Part shown: positions 10,701-20,385 of the stretch, piece by piece
Layout: every line of letters starts with the position of its first letter
Numbering within the stretch: the first letter of the stretch is position 1
Virus record (IMG/VR): IMGVR_UViG_3300036861_000632
Span: 29,587-93,586 of that record
Direction: 5' to 3' (one strand)
Source of the DNA: a virus
DNA length: 64,000 nucleotides
Translations under genes and position numbers: made by a program
The notes under the pieces: generated by a model
What the model was told of the DNA's origin: nothing
Databases searched by the model: none
Seen by the model: the letters and a program-made list of their open reading frames with translations, nothing else

Positions 10701-12248
10701 TGGCGGTTTGTTCAGGCTCGCCTGCATGGCTTCCCAGTAAAGTTCGTGGTCGAAAACGACTGCGCCGAGGCCGTAATTGATGACCGAACTCCAATCTTCC
10801 ACGGCGACCGGATTGCCCTCGAATATAGCCGACTCCAGCAAATAGGGTGAAGTGATGTCCAGCACGACCGCAGGAACGTCATTGCCGCGCTTGAGCAGGT
10901 TGGTGGACAGCGAAATCAAATCGACGTGCGAGTAGAGCGCGTCCGGCGGGTAGCTCAACTTGAGCGGCCCGCTCGCATCCGCAACCACGGTGATGCCCTT
11001 GGCCGCGAAGTCGGCCACGATAGTTTCGTAGCCGTTGAACGTCACCTTCTCGAAGATCGTGCGCTTCGTGCCCGTCGGATAACCTTCCACGTCGGCCGCG
11101 AGCACCTTGGCCAGAAGCAGGTCGCCCTTGTGATGAATCAGGTCGCCAATCAACGTCGCCGGATTGTCCGCCGCGCCGAATTGCGGGTTGGCCGGGCCGC
11201 AATCGGTTTGCTCGTGTTCATCCTCGAAGAAATACGCCCGCTTGATCGTGTTGTCGGGCGGTTGATTCTGGCCGGTGTTGGTGAAGTGCTTGCACCATTG
11301 GCCGAGGATTTGCGGGTTGGCCAGATTGTTCGCCCACGAGGAACCACTGACTGAGTTAGGGCCGGGCCACCAGAACGAACGCGGATCGCCCGGCTCGAAC
11401 AACCAGAAGTAGGGCAACTGCAACCGGGCGTTCTGGCCGTCGGGATCGCGCCGCACGCACATGCAGCGGAGCGGCGGCAGGTCGAACACGAGCGCGCCGA
11501 ATTGCACCGTCAGCTTGAACAGCGACAGGTTGTGGACCCGGAAGAAGTTGTACTTGGTCCACGCGGAATCGCATTCCCAAGTGCCGTCTTCTTCAAGGCC
11601 GTCCACGATGATCTCGGCCACGGCGAAGTTGTGGCGGCGTTCCGCCTGGCCATAAACTTTGACCGGCCAATCGGATACAGGTTCGCCCGCGAACTGCTGC
11701 CGGAAATAATAGGGCACCGGCTCGTCATCGGCCTCGCCCTGGAACTCGACGTAGTGCGCCTCCAGTGAATCATCGAACGTCAGGGTGGTATCCGTGATGG
11801 CGAGATGCCGGTCTTCGTCGTGTTCGATGACGTTGGCCGCGGCGGCGAGGGCCGTGAAGGGAGCGTGATCGTAACTGCGACCGAGATAGGGCGGCACGTA
11901 GGGAACGGCGTCCTGATTGTCAACATCGGTGCGGTCCACTCCGCCCCAGTTGACCGGCACGGTGTTGAGCACGGCATAGCCCGGAAAGGCCGTCGCGTAA
12001 AGGGTTGGCTTTCCGTTCAGGAAGAAGAAGTTCTTGCCGAGCAAATCAGCCGGCAATCGAGCGCAACGAAGCTTGTCCGAGCTTGTGGCGAACCCGCCGC
12101 TGATGGCATCGAAGTAGGTGGTGGGTTGAGCAACAGCCGGCGACAGCCCAAACAGCAGCTTGGCCAGCTTGTCGTTCAACTCGCGCACGAGCAGGTTCAT
12201 CCGCACGTAGTCGGGGCGTTCTCCGCCGGTGAGGTAGGCGATGCTCAC
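7794..12248 (-). CDS. Large tail/receptor-binding virion protein
   Basis: 1484 aa, beta-rich G/T/D/F composition, coupled to the upstream tail gene. Contains a short CBM5/12-like motif WSSVINYGLGAVV...PDYW. Confidence 0.65.
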   Translation of the reverse strand: MSIAYLTGGERPDYVRMNLLVRELNDKLAKLLFGLSPAVAQPTTYFDAISGGFATSSDKLRCARLPADLLGKNFFFLNGKPTLYATAFPGYAVLNTVPVNWGGVDRTDVDNQDAVPYVPPYLGRSYDHAPFTALAAAANVIEHDEDRHLAITDTTLTFDDSLEAHYVEFQGEADDEPVPYYFRQQFAGEPVSDWPVKVYGQAERRHNFAVAEIIVDGLEEDGTWECDSAWTKYNFFRVHNLSLFKLTVQFGALVFDLPPLRCMCVRRDPDGQNARLQLPYFWLFEPGDPRSFWWPGPNSVSGSSWANNLANPQILGQWCKHFTNTGQNQPPDNTIKRAYFFEDEHEQTDCGPANPQFGAADNPATLIGDLIHHKGDLLLAKVLAADVEGYPTGTKRTIFEKVTFNGYETIVADFAAKGITVVADASGPLKLSYPPDALYSHVDLISLSTNLLKRGNDVPAVVLDITSPYLLESAIFEGNPVAVEDWSSVINYGLGAVVFDHELYWEAMQASLNKPPLQNPDYWRLTTTADYALSNSSRRFIGGPIVRATTTQNRTYHLIPGDTAVPVSADVYELRGVARTYYTGTNGGALPITTPQSTTVATLLATLEHFGVRGGPQNSAYSGYTDKSLRMTPSGLVLRYTESVLADAFEIDTTVNGYGFLFSAWNQDGSTGAFKLYAHRPVTGAVFEQGTLHPVNLDGINGEFFTRKGKITFRGHGWGELQTDAGRAAFHLPKYHRHPCRGYVEQWDGRDFSLDFKANPLRLSRSPYQILKRIRGEELTKFNDSIMVHHNDVFTLLAPYIGATENILFYNLYRVGFAATELPTNYSPAPESMALCAEHYNAIAREINARKTGQVLDWRFIKFLIEPTPDNFTYVSLDTSSKWGVTADATGFHGVANGGTEVPIPMNAFAVFESGSNMELLCELLGIPIKTMDDFDPDELAKFDLKNEIQVIVAKMGAVGGLSVTSQTLIPPGTISAHWDLTFSGNAACSVDFSELDRFEHGRKGIAHFKAPQNSYNRDRGADFFSTLNLPGGCVEVDLRAVYGNIRWVTIEDVGTAMEQFLDDLDLAVEFDYTEVCRPLSLAYLEKAADVEVEPFNFNQAVSVSGSLPTDYYDEVGALRTDAVERVLDSLNGSLFRAGRVGRNGAWPGTHRGRFIVTDGGWGYTGTAVTANDGIQTLTAGFTFKFSGSNGRMVSLPSTKGGDYDEVTRPAITITSPPAGETYGHEAYPARAILLFDDEISLTRFTKLLVFAVAADSDSAMWKVRGSNLVNSRPEIWNITDRLDFPREHLMAAAYLAIDNSDYHGPHQIVSGAGGFGYVAFQAGFGNYDLRTVNFVPNWAGIQDLTSNAFTSGNPVTTSPAGQWASAVLTFTDGPDDETWHQWALSEVLNLAVISRGEQQCFLFPRPFWTRLTDDWTSSYERKVGAVSAGTGGTEGPLDGNGNVGETIHVEKTDPQIVVAQDITVLSADTDERFWLVMNHGVEL

Positions 12249-14728
12249 GGCAACCAGATGGGTTCTTGTTCCACCGCCGCCGATGCCCCCAGCCGCACGA
12301 GAATCAGCTTGATCGCATCGTCCTCGATCTCTTGCAGGGCCGTGCCCACGCTGGGCGTGCCGTCCGCCGCGAGATAGCCGGTGCCATCCGGCCCGCGTCC
12401 AATCGGATCGTTCGCCTCAATCGGGCCTTGGACTTGGGCCAACGCTTCGCCGTGGTCAATCGTCGGAATCGTCGCATCGGACGGCTCCTGATGCCGCGTC
12501 GTGACGCCCGCGAAGATCGTGTGATCCGGCGTCGTGTTGGCCGGAAGCACGGGGCGGCTTTCGCGGTCAGTTTCTTCCTCCTCCGGCAGCTTGCGCTTTT
12601 TCCATAGTGGTACACCGACCAGCAACTTCGTATCCGCATCCCCATCCTTGAGCGTGACGTGCTTTGTCGGCGTCTGCGTCAGGCCGATGAACCCACGGAA
12701 GGCATTCGTCAGCGTCTTGCGCGCCTTCGAGTCCTGATTCAACGCCGCCGCCGTCAGCTTGTGAATGTTGGCCGTCGCGCGAAGTTGCTCCTGTCCGGGC
12801 AACAGCGTGTTCAACCGCGAGGTCCGGTCAAGATGTCGTTCCGGCACGTAGGTAGCACGCGGTTTCTCGGATGTGAACTGAACCGTCTCCTGCCCGCCAT
12901 CCGGGGACACTTGCACGACGATCCGGTCCATCTGCGTCGTCAACGCCGTGCCCGCCGGATAATTGCCGCTCTCATCCGGCGTCGGGTAGTTGACGTGCCG
13001 GCCACAGCGATACACGAACTGGCCGTTGAGCAGCGCGTTGGCGATGTCTTGGGCCTTCGCGCTGGCCAGATCACCGTCCGCATAGGGAATCTCCGCCGGG
13101 ATGAAGCCAACGGCCCCGGCGAACTCCGCGCACAACCCGGAGACATTCTCACAGCCATCGCGCGTGCCCACGCCCACGACGTAGCTGAATATTTCCGCCT
13201 CGAAGACGAGCGCCGCGCGCACATTGGGAATGCCAATCGTGGGTCGCGCCTTGAACACCGCGTAGCCATCAATGAGATCCACCAAATCCTCTGACCTGAT
13301 GATCGGCTCGGCAAACAGCAGGTAGCCCACCTCGCCATCGCCGCTGTCGTCGATTTGGAACTCGTGATGTTCCCACACGTCCTGAGTGTTCTTCCAGTCG
13401 GCGATCTTGAACCGTTCGGGCCGGATGGTGGCGAACAAATCCTTGCCCACCTGATAGCCCCGCACGATGGCGTAACCGTTCCCCGCGGGCGGGTCCGCGG
13501 GAAACCACGACATGAGGCCGGTGGACGGATCGTGAGTGACGGAGGCCACCATCCGGTCAGAGATCGACAGGGACTGTTGCGGGATCAGCCGGCCGTAGCC
13601 GTTGAGCAGGTTGTAATTGGACGGCACGCGGAAGGCGCGAAAGAGGATGGCGTTGATGTAGAGAGCGGCCGGCATGTCGAGCCGCGACTTGCCGGCGAAT
13701 CGCCGGTAGTCATCCCAAGTGTTGTGGTTGCCGCGCAATTCCGCGTATTCCCAGACGGTAATCTCCGCCGCCCGCGCCGCCGCAAGTTGCTGCGTAATGA
13801 GCCGGTCGGGATCGTCGTCATCGCTGACGGCCGTAAAGAGCGTGCCGGCGGCATAGTTCGTTGAACCGATCGTCATGCCAGAGGTCAACTTCCCGCGAGC
13901 ATAGATGTCATCCTGAAACACGTAGAAGTCATAGAAGGCTTCCCAAGCGCCGTTCCAATCCGGCACCAGATTGAGGTTGTGAACCTGGTAGCGGTTGCGT
14001 TCGCCCAGCACCCGGATGCGCGTCGGGTTGGTGGACATCGCCCCGCCATCCTCGCGATGGTCGCTCGTGGCCGGAAACGTGATCGCTGTGCCTTCGCCTT
14101 TACGGCCCCAAGTGAGATGGAAATAATCCGAGAGCGTGAACGTCAATCCCTGCTTGTCGCTCACTTCCTGCAAGGCTTGGCGCAAGGACGGCCCGCCGAG
14201 GAAGTCCAGATTGTAAACCGGCTGGTTTTGGTCGGCATGATAGGACGTGATCCAGAGGTCTTCGGTCGTCGGCGCCGAGAGCAGGAAGTTGATGATCTGC
14301 GAGGCGGTATAGGGGTCGGTCGTGAAGGTCTTGGTTAGCGTGTTGAAGTTGACCGGCAGGACGTGCCAGTAGCGGCGCGTCAGGACGCCATTAACCAGTT
14401 TGATTTCTTCCTTGTTGAACGCGCAGTAGGCACGGTCCCATTCGAGGTAGTCGCGCAGATCAACGAAGCTCAGGGTTTTGTCCTTGCCCTGCGAACTGTT
14501 CACATCCTTCACTTGCCGGCATGAACCCCAAAACGTGTGGCCGAGCAATTCGATCTTGAGGATGCTCGCTTCCGGCACGGCATCGCCCACATAGACGATC
14601 TCCGCCGTGCCCGGCTCGCTGCCCCACGCCTTCACGAACGTCGCCGACTGCGCGTAATAGACCGTGCTGACTCCGCCGCCGCCACGGTGGCCGAGGATGG
14701 GCAGGACGTTGATCTTGGCGCGGGGCAT
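12245..14728 (-). CDS. Tail hub/baseplate (Tal-like) protein
   Basis: 827 aa. Tail-hub-like N-terminus (LSFVDLRDYL...LRQALQEVSDKQG...RIRVLG). C-terminal cement-like domain (FAGVT...GEALAQV). Confidence 0.55.
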   Translation of the reverse strand: MPRAKINVLPILGHRGGGGVSTVYYAQSATFVKAWGSEPGTAEIVYVGDAVPEASILKIELLGHTFWGSCRQVKDVNSSQGKDKTLSFVDLRDYLEWDRAYCAFNKEEIKLVNGVLTRRYWHVLPVNFNTLTKTFTTDPYTASQIINFLLSAPTTEDLWITSYHADQNQPVYNLDFLGGPSLRQALQEVSDKQGLTFTLSDYFHLTWGRKGEGTAITFPATSDHREDGGAMSTNPTRIRVLGERNRYQVHNLNLVPDWNGAWEAFYDFYVFQDDIYARGKLTSGMTIGSTNYAAGTLFTAVSDDDDPDRLITQQLAAARAAEITVWEYAELRGNHNTWDDYRRFAGKSRLDMPAALYINAILFRAFRVPSNYNLLNGYGRLIPQQSLSISDRMVASVTHDPSTGLMSWFPADPPAGNGYAIVRGYQVGKDLFATIRPERFKIADWKNTQDVWEHHEFQIDDSGDGEVGYLLFAEPIIRSEDLVDLIDGYAVFKARPTIGIPNVRAALVFEAEIFSYVVGVGTRDGCENVSGLCAEFAGAVGFIPAEIPYADGDLASAKAQDIANALLNGQFVYRCGRHVNYPTPDESGNYPAGTALTTQMDRIVVQVSPDGGQETVQFTSEKPRATYVPERHLDRTSRLNTLLPGQEQLRATANIHKLTAAALNQDSKARKTLTNAFRGFIGLTQTPTKHVTLKDGDADTKLLVGVPLWKKRKLPEEEETDRESRPVLPANTTPDHTIFAGVTTRHQEPSDATIPTIDHGEALAQVQGPIEANDPIGRGPDGTGYLAADGTPSVGTALQEIEDDAIKLILVRLGASAAVEQEPIWLP

Positions 14729-14730
14729 GG

Positions 14731-15045
14731 TCAGGCCGTTTTAGGCAATCGCTGAACCCAGCCCGGATGGGCGTTGTGGCCACGGAACCGCGTGGCGATG
14801 AAGTTGTGCGAATTCCGAAAGTGATTCGGAGTATATGCGCCTTTCTTTTTTGCCTTCATCATTCTGGTCAGCTTGTTCGCGTATTCCGCCTTCGCCGCCT
14901 TCACCTTGAGAATCGCCTCGCGCCGGTTTGGCTCAGGTATCCTGCTGCAATCAATCACCACGCCGTAGTAATCCTCCAGCCGCCACGCCCACTTGCCAGT
15001 ACTAAGCTGGCGGACGATACCGCGAACTTCAGTTGGTTCACTCAT
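14731..15045 (-). CDS. Hypothetical protein
   Basis: 104 aa with GKWAWRL; co-oriented with neighbours. Confidence 0.55.
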   Translation of the reverse strand: MSEPTEVRGIVRQLSTGKWAWRLEDYYGVVIDCSRIPEPNRREAILKVKAAKAEYANKLTRMMKAKKKGAYTPNHFRNSHNFIATRFRGHNAHPGWVQRLPKTA

Positions 15046-15105
15046 TCAATGGGCGGTTGCATTTCTATCGAATACCCGTTCTTTAGGCCGCTTGCAATCT
15101 CGGCG

Positions 15106-15483
15106 TCAAGTTGCTCCAACAAAGTCAAGGAACTCTTGGAACGAGTAAACCACGCGATGCTTATGCTCTAAGGCCAGCAGAACGTGCCGCGTGATGGCTT
15201 GGTCTTTTGTAAGCTTGGCACCGCGCCGCTTCACCTCAACCCAATAGACAACACCACCGGGAGCCGCACAGATAAAATCGCAGACCCCGCTTTGGGTCGT
15301 CGTCGCCTGATCCATGCGCGAATGCACGGCATACCAGCGGCGTCTCTGCAACTCGGCCGCGATTTGCTCATGCAGCTTGGATTCTCGCTCGCAGCCCTCT
15401 TTCGCGGCAACCGGCTGTCCACGATTTGTCTTGGCCAGTTGCCGGGCTTGCATGGCCTCGAATTGGGCGGGGGAGATTCCCAT
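15106..15483 (-). CDS. VRR-NUC family nuclease / Holliday junction resolvase
   Basis: ESKLHEQI...GVCDFI...WVEVKRRGAKLTKDQ, a PD-(D/E)xK pattern. Confidence 0.85.
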   Translation of the reverse strand: MGISPAQFEAMQARQLAKTNRGQPVAAKEGCERESKLHEQIAAELQRRRWYAVHSRMDQATTTQSGVCDFICAAPGGVVYWVEVKRRGAKLTKDQAITRHVLLALEHKHRVVYSFQEFLDFVGAT

Positions 15484-15486
15484 TTA

Positions 15487-15690
15487 TTATTTAGAGCTTA
15501 GATGCCACTGGCTACAGTAGTAACACAGGTAAACCCTGAATGCTCTGACGCTACAGTCAGGCTCAGAGAGAATCCGCGCAGCCCGGACGTTGGCCGCTTC
15601 AGCGGTCTTGAAGCAGACCTTTTTGGTTGGTCCACATCTAAGAAACTGCGCGCTTTTTTGCTCGTTCTTCCATTTTACGTTACCGCGCAT
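15487..15690 (-). CDS. Small Zn-binding hypothetical protein
   Basis: KVCFKT...YLCYYCSQWHLS, a recurrent phage C-x2-C-x3-H pattern. Confidence 0.65.
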   Translation of the reverse strand: MRGNVKWKNEQKSAQFLRCGPTKKVCFKTAEAANVRAARILSEPDCSVRAFRVYLCYYCSQWHLSSK

Positions 15691-15702
15691 GGCAATGCCT
15701 TG

Positions 15703-15999
15703 TCATTGGCAGGCCCGGTCACGCTTTGTGTATTTTCTAGGTTCTTCGTATTCGCTCGCATGAGTCCACGACCACCAGACCTTGCCGGTGCGGTCGGTAT
15801 ATTTGAGCAGCGCACACCGTCCGCGACGGTAGAGCTTTTCGATTTCTACCACCGTGCCGGATTTGATGACGACACCCGGCTTGAACAGGTCGTCATCCTC
15901 ATTGCCGCGCCGAAGATAAAACATCGAGTCTTTCTCGACCTGCCACCGCCCGATGCGCTTGGCGTCTCTCAGGTCTTGCATTGTTATCTTTGTTCTCAC
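15703..15999 (-). CDS. Hypothetical protein
   Basis: GTG at 15999 overlaps the stop of the exonuclease gene. Confidence 0.5.
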   Translation of the reverse strand: MRTKITMQDLRDAKRIGRWQVEKDSMFYLRRGNEDDDLFKPGVVIKSGTVVEIEKLYRRGRCALLKYTDRTGKVWWSWTHASEYEEPRKYTKRDRACQ

Positions 16000-17021
16000 A
16001 CTTTGATTTCCACCCTTTCCTCTTTTTCTTCCTCCGGCTCCGGCTCGTGAAACACAGCCATCTGATCCACGGTTCCAAGGATCATCCATGGTTCCGGCGC
16101 GCACAGTGTCCAGCCGTTGATGCCATTCGTGGAATCATCGTAGCCCGGCCAGCGGTCCTCCGCCAGACAGCGCGCGTACAGCTTGAGGGCGAGGCGATAG
16201 TTCGCGCGCCCGATCTGCACGTATTCATCCGTGGCCAGTTCCCGTCCCGGCTCGAAGGGCCGTTTGTTTTCCTGAATGGCCCATGCCCAGTCAATCCGGT
16301 TCTCGCCCGTCGCCTTGTTGTAAACGTCCAGATAGAGCGCCGCCTGCGTATGGTAGTGGTAATCGAACACGGAACGTTTCCAGCGCCGGGGATTGACGCT
16401 CTTGGCCGTCTTGTAATCCGCCAGCCGCCGCCCGAATTCGGGATGCTTCACGTCCGGCTTGAGGTCGATCAATGTCTTGATGGGGATGGTCAGCCCGGTG
16501 GCCTTGTCCACGTATTCCGCCGTGCAATAGACCTGACGCTCGGAACAGTCGATCAACTCTTTGATCTTCGCGTCGTTCAACAGTGCGGTGCGGGCGTCGA
16601 GCGCGTCCTTCTTGAGCTTCGTGTTGACGACCGTGCGCCCGGCTTCCTTCTGTTCGGCTTTCCACGCCTTGCAGACGTTCGCGTTGCCGGACCAGTCCTT
16701 GATCTCGCCTTTGTCGTTCCGGTACGTCAGCGGCGTCTCGACGAACTTCTTGACGAACTGTTCCGGGGTGATGATGAGGCAGTCGAGGCAGTTGCCAAAC
16801 ACCAGCGAGGGCGATTCCTTTTCGTCCTCGTCTTCCTCCACTTCACCAACCCGCCAGCGATGCGGGCATTCGAGGAAGTCCATCAACTCGCCGCGCGACA
16901 TGACGAACTCTTTGTCGCCGCGTCGGGCGGTCTGCTTGTGGTAAACCGCCGGGTCGAAGTTCGCGCCGACGACCTTGGCGGTGACGAACGGGCTGGGGAG
17001 TTCGGTGGGTGGGGCGCTCAC
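15996..17021 (-). CDS. RecE/exonuclease VIII-like PD-(D/E)xK nuclease
   Basis: ERQVY...KTLIDL...ADYKT...YHTQAALY motifs; adjacent to the Sak4-like ATPase. Confidence 0.85.
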   Translation of the reverse strand: MSAPPTELPSPFVTAKVVGANFDPAVYHKQTARRGDKEFVMSRGELMDFLECPHRWRVGEVEEDEDEKESPSLVFGNCLDCLIITPEQFVKKFVETPLTYRNDKGEIKDWSGNANVCKAWKAEQKEAGRTVVNTKLKKDALDARTALLNDAKIKELIDCSERQVYCTAEYVDKATGLTIPIKTLIDLKPDVKHPEFGRRLADYKTAKSVNPRRWKRSVFDYHYHTQAALYLDVYNKATGENRIDWAWAIQENKRPFEPGRELATDEYVQIGRANYRLALKLYARCLAEDRWPGYDDSTNGINGWTLCAPEPWMILGTVDQMAVFHEPEPEEEKEERVEIKV

Positions 17022-18220
17022 AGCAACCCCGCTCTCTTTTCGACCCATGCGGCAAACGCTTCCACCTTCGCCGTGATCTCCGCCATTGCGGCCAGTCCCT
17101 TCTCGGTTTCGAGCGTCGGCAGTTGGATCATGCGGATGGCCACGGCCAGCACCATGAGCTTGTCCTTTTCCGGTGCCATCTTCGCCGCCTCGGCGGCAGC
17201 GCGGGCTTTTTTCTTCGCCTCGTCCTCGGCCCGTTTACGCTCGGCGAGTTCCGCCTCGGCCTTCTCGCGGGCTTCCCGCTCCGCTTTGTTCTTCGCCTCA
17301 ATCGCCTCGCGTTCTTTGACAGCAAGTTCCATCGCAGCGTCGCGTTCAGCTTTCACCTTTTTCTCGGCGGCTTCCATTGCGGCCCTCGCCTTCGCCAGTT
17401 CCCGTTGCAACAGCGCGGCGGCTTCGGCCTCGGCGGCGGCACGCTCCTTGTCGGCCTTCTCTTTCGCTTCGCGCGCGGCTTTGGCATCGGCTTCACGTTG
17501 CGCCTTCGCTGCCGCCTCAATCGCCTCGCGTTCGACACGGGCCTTCTCGGCGGCGATGGCGGCGGCTTCTTCGGCGGCCTTGCGGTCGGCGGCAGCCTTT
17601 TCCAATTCCGCCTTCAACCGTTCGTTCTCGATGCGCTGGGCTTCGATGCGGTCGGCTTCCGCCTTGGCCGCCGCCTCGGCATCCTGCTTTTCCTTCAACT
17701 CTCGTGCCAGCCGGACAGACTGGGCATCCTTCGCGTCCTGCAACACTTTGGCGTATTCCGCGTCGGGCATCTTGCCGAGATCAATCAGGATCGGCCCGCT
17801 CAACAGCGGCGTGATCTCCGCCGTTCGGGCCACGCGCTTTTCTTCCTCGATGCGCGCCTGTTCGCGTTCCTCGAATTGTTCCTGCTCCAACAGCCGCGTC
17901 TCCAGAGGCTCGATGGCTTCCTTGAGCTTCTTGGCCGCGCCATCAATCCGCTGCTTCTCGCGCAGGGCGGCTTCGCCAAGCTCCCGGCGCCGGTTCTCGA
18001 TCTCGACCCGGAGGTCTTTGAGCGCGAGCCGGGTCTGCCGGGCGAGCTTCATCTCGGCCTTCTGCGTTACGTCCGTGACGGTCAACGTCTCGGCGGTGAG
18101 TTTGAATTTCGCGACCTTCTGCTCGAAGGATTGCCAGATGTCCGGCAGATCGGCGCGTTTGGTGGGGAGTTCGGCGTCCTTGGGGACGAGTTCAACGGGG
18201 GCTTGTTCGGTTGCGGTCAT
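17018..18220 (-). CDS. Long coiled-coil protein (recombination-module associated)
   Basis: 400 aa, extremely A/E/K/R rich, between the ATPase and the exonuclease. Confidence 0.75.
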   Translation of the reverse strand: MTATEQAPVELVPKDAELPTKRADLPDIWQSFEQKVAKFKLTAETLTVTDVTQKAEMKLARQTRLALKDLRVEIENRRRELGEAALREKQRIDGAAKKLKEAIEPLETRLLEQEQFEEREQARIEEEKRVARTAEITPLLSGPILIDLGKMPDAEYAKVLQDAKDAQSVRLARELKEKQDAEAAAKAEADRIEAQRIENERLKAELEKAAADRKAAEEAAAIAAEKARVEREAIEAAAKAQREADAKAAREAKEKADKERAAAEAEAAALLQRELAKARAAMEAAEKKVKAERDAAMELAVKEREAIEAKNKAEREAREKAEAELAERKRAEDEAKKKARAAAEAAKMAPEKDKLMVLAVAIRMIQLPTLETEKGLAAMAEITAKVEAFAAWVEKRAGLL

Positions 18221-18223
18221 AGG

Positions 18224-19240
18224 TCATGTGTGTTTTTCGATTTGGGAAATCAACTCCAACAGGGCGGGTCTGCTGGTCGGAACCTTAGAGAGCGCCCAAG
18301 CTTCCAAGGGCTGATCCGGCATTATGAATCCCTTGTCGATCGCGTATTGGAACGCCCGATCCTTAAAGGGTTGCAGTTGCGCGATGAACCATGTGCGGGT
18401 TGCTTCCGTGGCTTCTTTGGGCGGGGCGGGCGTTGATGCGGCGGGTTGTGCGGTGGGCGCGGAGGTTGGTGGTTTGCCAGCGTTATTGCACCAAGCGGCG
18501 ATGGCCGCGCCGTGAGCTTGCGACATTCTCTCTGTTTCCGGCTTTGGCAGAATCGCACCCAGACTCGGATGGGAAATCTTGGCGTGCGGGTAGGGCATCC
18601 GAATCAATCCGCCCCTGCCTTCTTCCTGATAAGTCTCGAAGGCAATTAAGGCTTCAAAGATCAGCTTTTTGTCGAAAATCGGAAGCGTCGTTTTGCTCGT
18701 GACGATCTGCGACTTGCCCTTGTCGTCTTTGATGAGTTGTGATTTTTCCTCGCCGCGAAAGCAGCCGATGATCGGTATTTTTGCGCGCATCAGCTTGTCT
18801 TTGAAAACTTGCAGTCGCGCCTTGGGTTCTTTCCACGCGCGCCAGCTTGCCGCCTCGCGCTTGGCCCAATCGTTGCCAACCATGCGGTCAAGAATCTCCT
18901 CGTGCATCTCAAGGACTCCATCGGGGCCGGACCAGAGATGGCTGAGAGAGTCTATGACACCAACGTCGGCGTTGTTCTCCATCGTTTCAATCAGTTCGCA
19001 ATACCGTTCCGGTGTGAACGGCGGCTGGAAATCAATGTGGCTGAATCCGCCATCGACCTGATCGGCGCAAAGCAAAGCCCTTCCGTTTTCCGTGTCGCCA
19101 CAAACAACCCGGCCCTTGGGTCCGGCCATTCCGCGGGCCATCAAGAGTGCGCTCAGGCTTTTGCCGCCGCCTGTGCCGCCCCAAATGAAGATGAGCGGGA
19201 TGATCCCCTTGCGAGCGGCGGGTGTTATTGTGAATGGCAT
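18224..19240 (-). CDS. Sak4-like AAA ATPase (single-strand annealing protein)
   Basis: Walker A GGTGGGKS, DTENG, Walker B VIDSLSH. Confidence 0.85.
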   Translation of the reverse strand: MPFTITPAARKGIIPLIFIWGGTGGGKSLSALLMARGMAGPKGRVVCGDTENGRALLCADQVDGGFSHIDFQPPFTPERYCELIETMENNADVGVIDSLSHLWSGPDGVLEMHEEILDRMVGNDWAKREAASWRAWKEPKARLQVFKDKLMRAKIPIIGCFRGEEKSQLIKDDKGKSQIVTSKTTLPIFDKKLIFEALIAFETYQEEGRGGLIRMPYPHAKISHPSLGAILPKPETERMSQAHGAAIAAWCNNAGKPPTSAPTAQPAASTPAPPKEATEATRTWFIAQLQPFKDRAFQYAIDKGFIMPDQPLEAWALSKVPTSRPALLELISQIEKHT

Positions 19241-19908
19241 GAATTTATTGGGGTTGTGAGTGTCCGGGTGTCAGCCCAGCCACGGTAGCTGCGCGCCAGA
19301 ATCGTCCCGGCTCCAATTCCTGTTTTGCGCCCCCACTCCGCCGCGGAAAGGGTAACTCCATTCAGCGTGAACAAGTGGTTCGACCGACGGTTGTTGGCTT
19401 GAGCCGTGCGGGTGGCCCATTCGCAATTATCAGGGTTGTATCCGTCATTGTTGTTCTTACGCTCGATGGTGTGTTTTGGGGTTGGCCTCGTTCCCATGTC
19501 GGCGAGAAAAGCGGCGAATGATTTCTGCCATCGGTCGCAAACCGTAATGCCCCTGCCTCCGTAGCGATGATAAACCGGGTTTCTTTTGTCCTGACACCTT
19601 TGCCGCATTGATGACCAAACCTTCCATTCCGCAGACTTGCCGTTTCTCCTTGAGCAGCAACCGTGAATCAGCTTTCGACTTGACGAGAGTTCGCTCTGGA
19701 GGCATCCGCAACTTGCGATCCTGCCAGATTTTATGTGATCCACGCGGATGAATTTTTCGGTGCCGCAATCGCATCGGCATTTGACCTTTTTCCGCCATGC
19801 GGCATCCTTTGTGAATTCCCGCAAGATCGTAAGGCGTCCAAATTTACCCTCAATCAACGGTTTAACCCCCGCGCGAGTGGCCGGCTTGATGGTGAATGAT
19901 TCGCTCAT
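19225..19908 (-). CDS. Free-standing HNH homing endonuclease
   Basis: CRCDCG, SCGC, YGGRGITVCDRW, TIERKNNNDGYNPDNCEWAT; lower GC than its flanks. Confidence 0.9.
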   Translation of the reverse strand: MSESFTIKPATRAGVKPLIEGKFGRLTILREFTKDAAWRKKVKCRCDCGTEKFIRVDHIKSGRIASCGCLQSELSSSRKLIHGCCSRRNGKSAEWKVWSSMRQRCQDKRNPVYHRYGGRGITVCDRWQKSFAAFLADMGTRPTPKHTIERKNNNDGYNPDNCEWATRTAQANNRRSNHLFTLNGVTLSAAEWGRKTGIGAGTILARSYRGWADTRTLTTPINSCHSQ

Positions 19909-20384
19909 CGCCTGGCTCCTTTCTTCCGTTTCTCCTGCAACTCGACGACGCGCTTGGTCAGCTTTTCGACCTTCTCGCATTCGTGATTCAGCCGTGCCCG
20001 AAACACGGCGTTCTCGGCAATCAGTTCGTCGGCGCGGTTGCGGTTCAGCGCGATTTCATGCCGGAGCGTTTCCACGATGTCGCTGTGCCGCCGTTGGAAG
20101 AACGGCAGCGTTTCGTGGAGCAGCAGGAACCGGCGCGCGAATTCGGTGCGCAAGTGTTCCGAGACGGCATCAATCTGTTTCAGGTCGGCTGCCGATGTCT
20201 GGTCGCGGGATTCATCGGCGAGGTAGGCGTAGAGTTCTTCGGAGGTGATGAAGGGTTGCATTTGCGGCTTTGACAGTTGCGTGGTTGCGTAGCACTCGTC
20301 TGGATTCATGGCTGCTTTGGGTTTTGGTTCAAAAAGCGTTTGGTCGTTCCAGATTCCGATGTATTTCACTGGTGGGGTTCGCAT
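19905..20384 (-). CDS. Hypothetical coiled-coil protein
   Basis: 159 aa, coupled to the HNH start. Confidence 0.6.
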   Translation of the reverse strand: MRTPPVKYIGIWNDQTLFEPKPKAAMNPDECYATTQLSKPQMQPFITSEELYAYLADESRDQTSAADLKQIDAVSEHLRTEFARRFLLLHETLPFFQRRHSDIVETLRHEIALNRNRADELIAENAVFRARLNHECEKVEKLTKRVVELQEKRKKGARR

Positions 20385-20385
20385 G

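Noticed and set aside
15981-18314. 777-aa plus-strand ORF (likewise 4302-6203, 413-1609, 24244-25506)
   Set aside because: Antisense shadows of well-supported minus-strand genes in GC-rich DNA; no motifs of their own.
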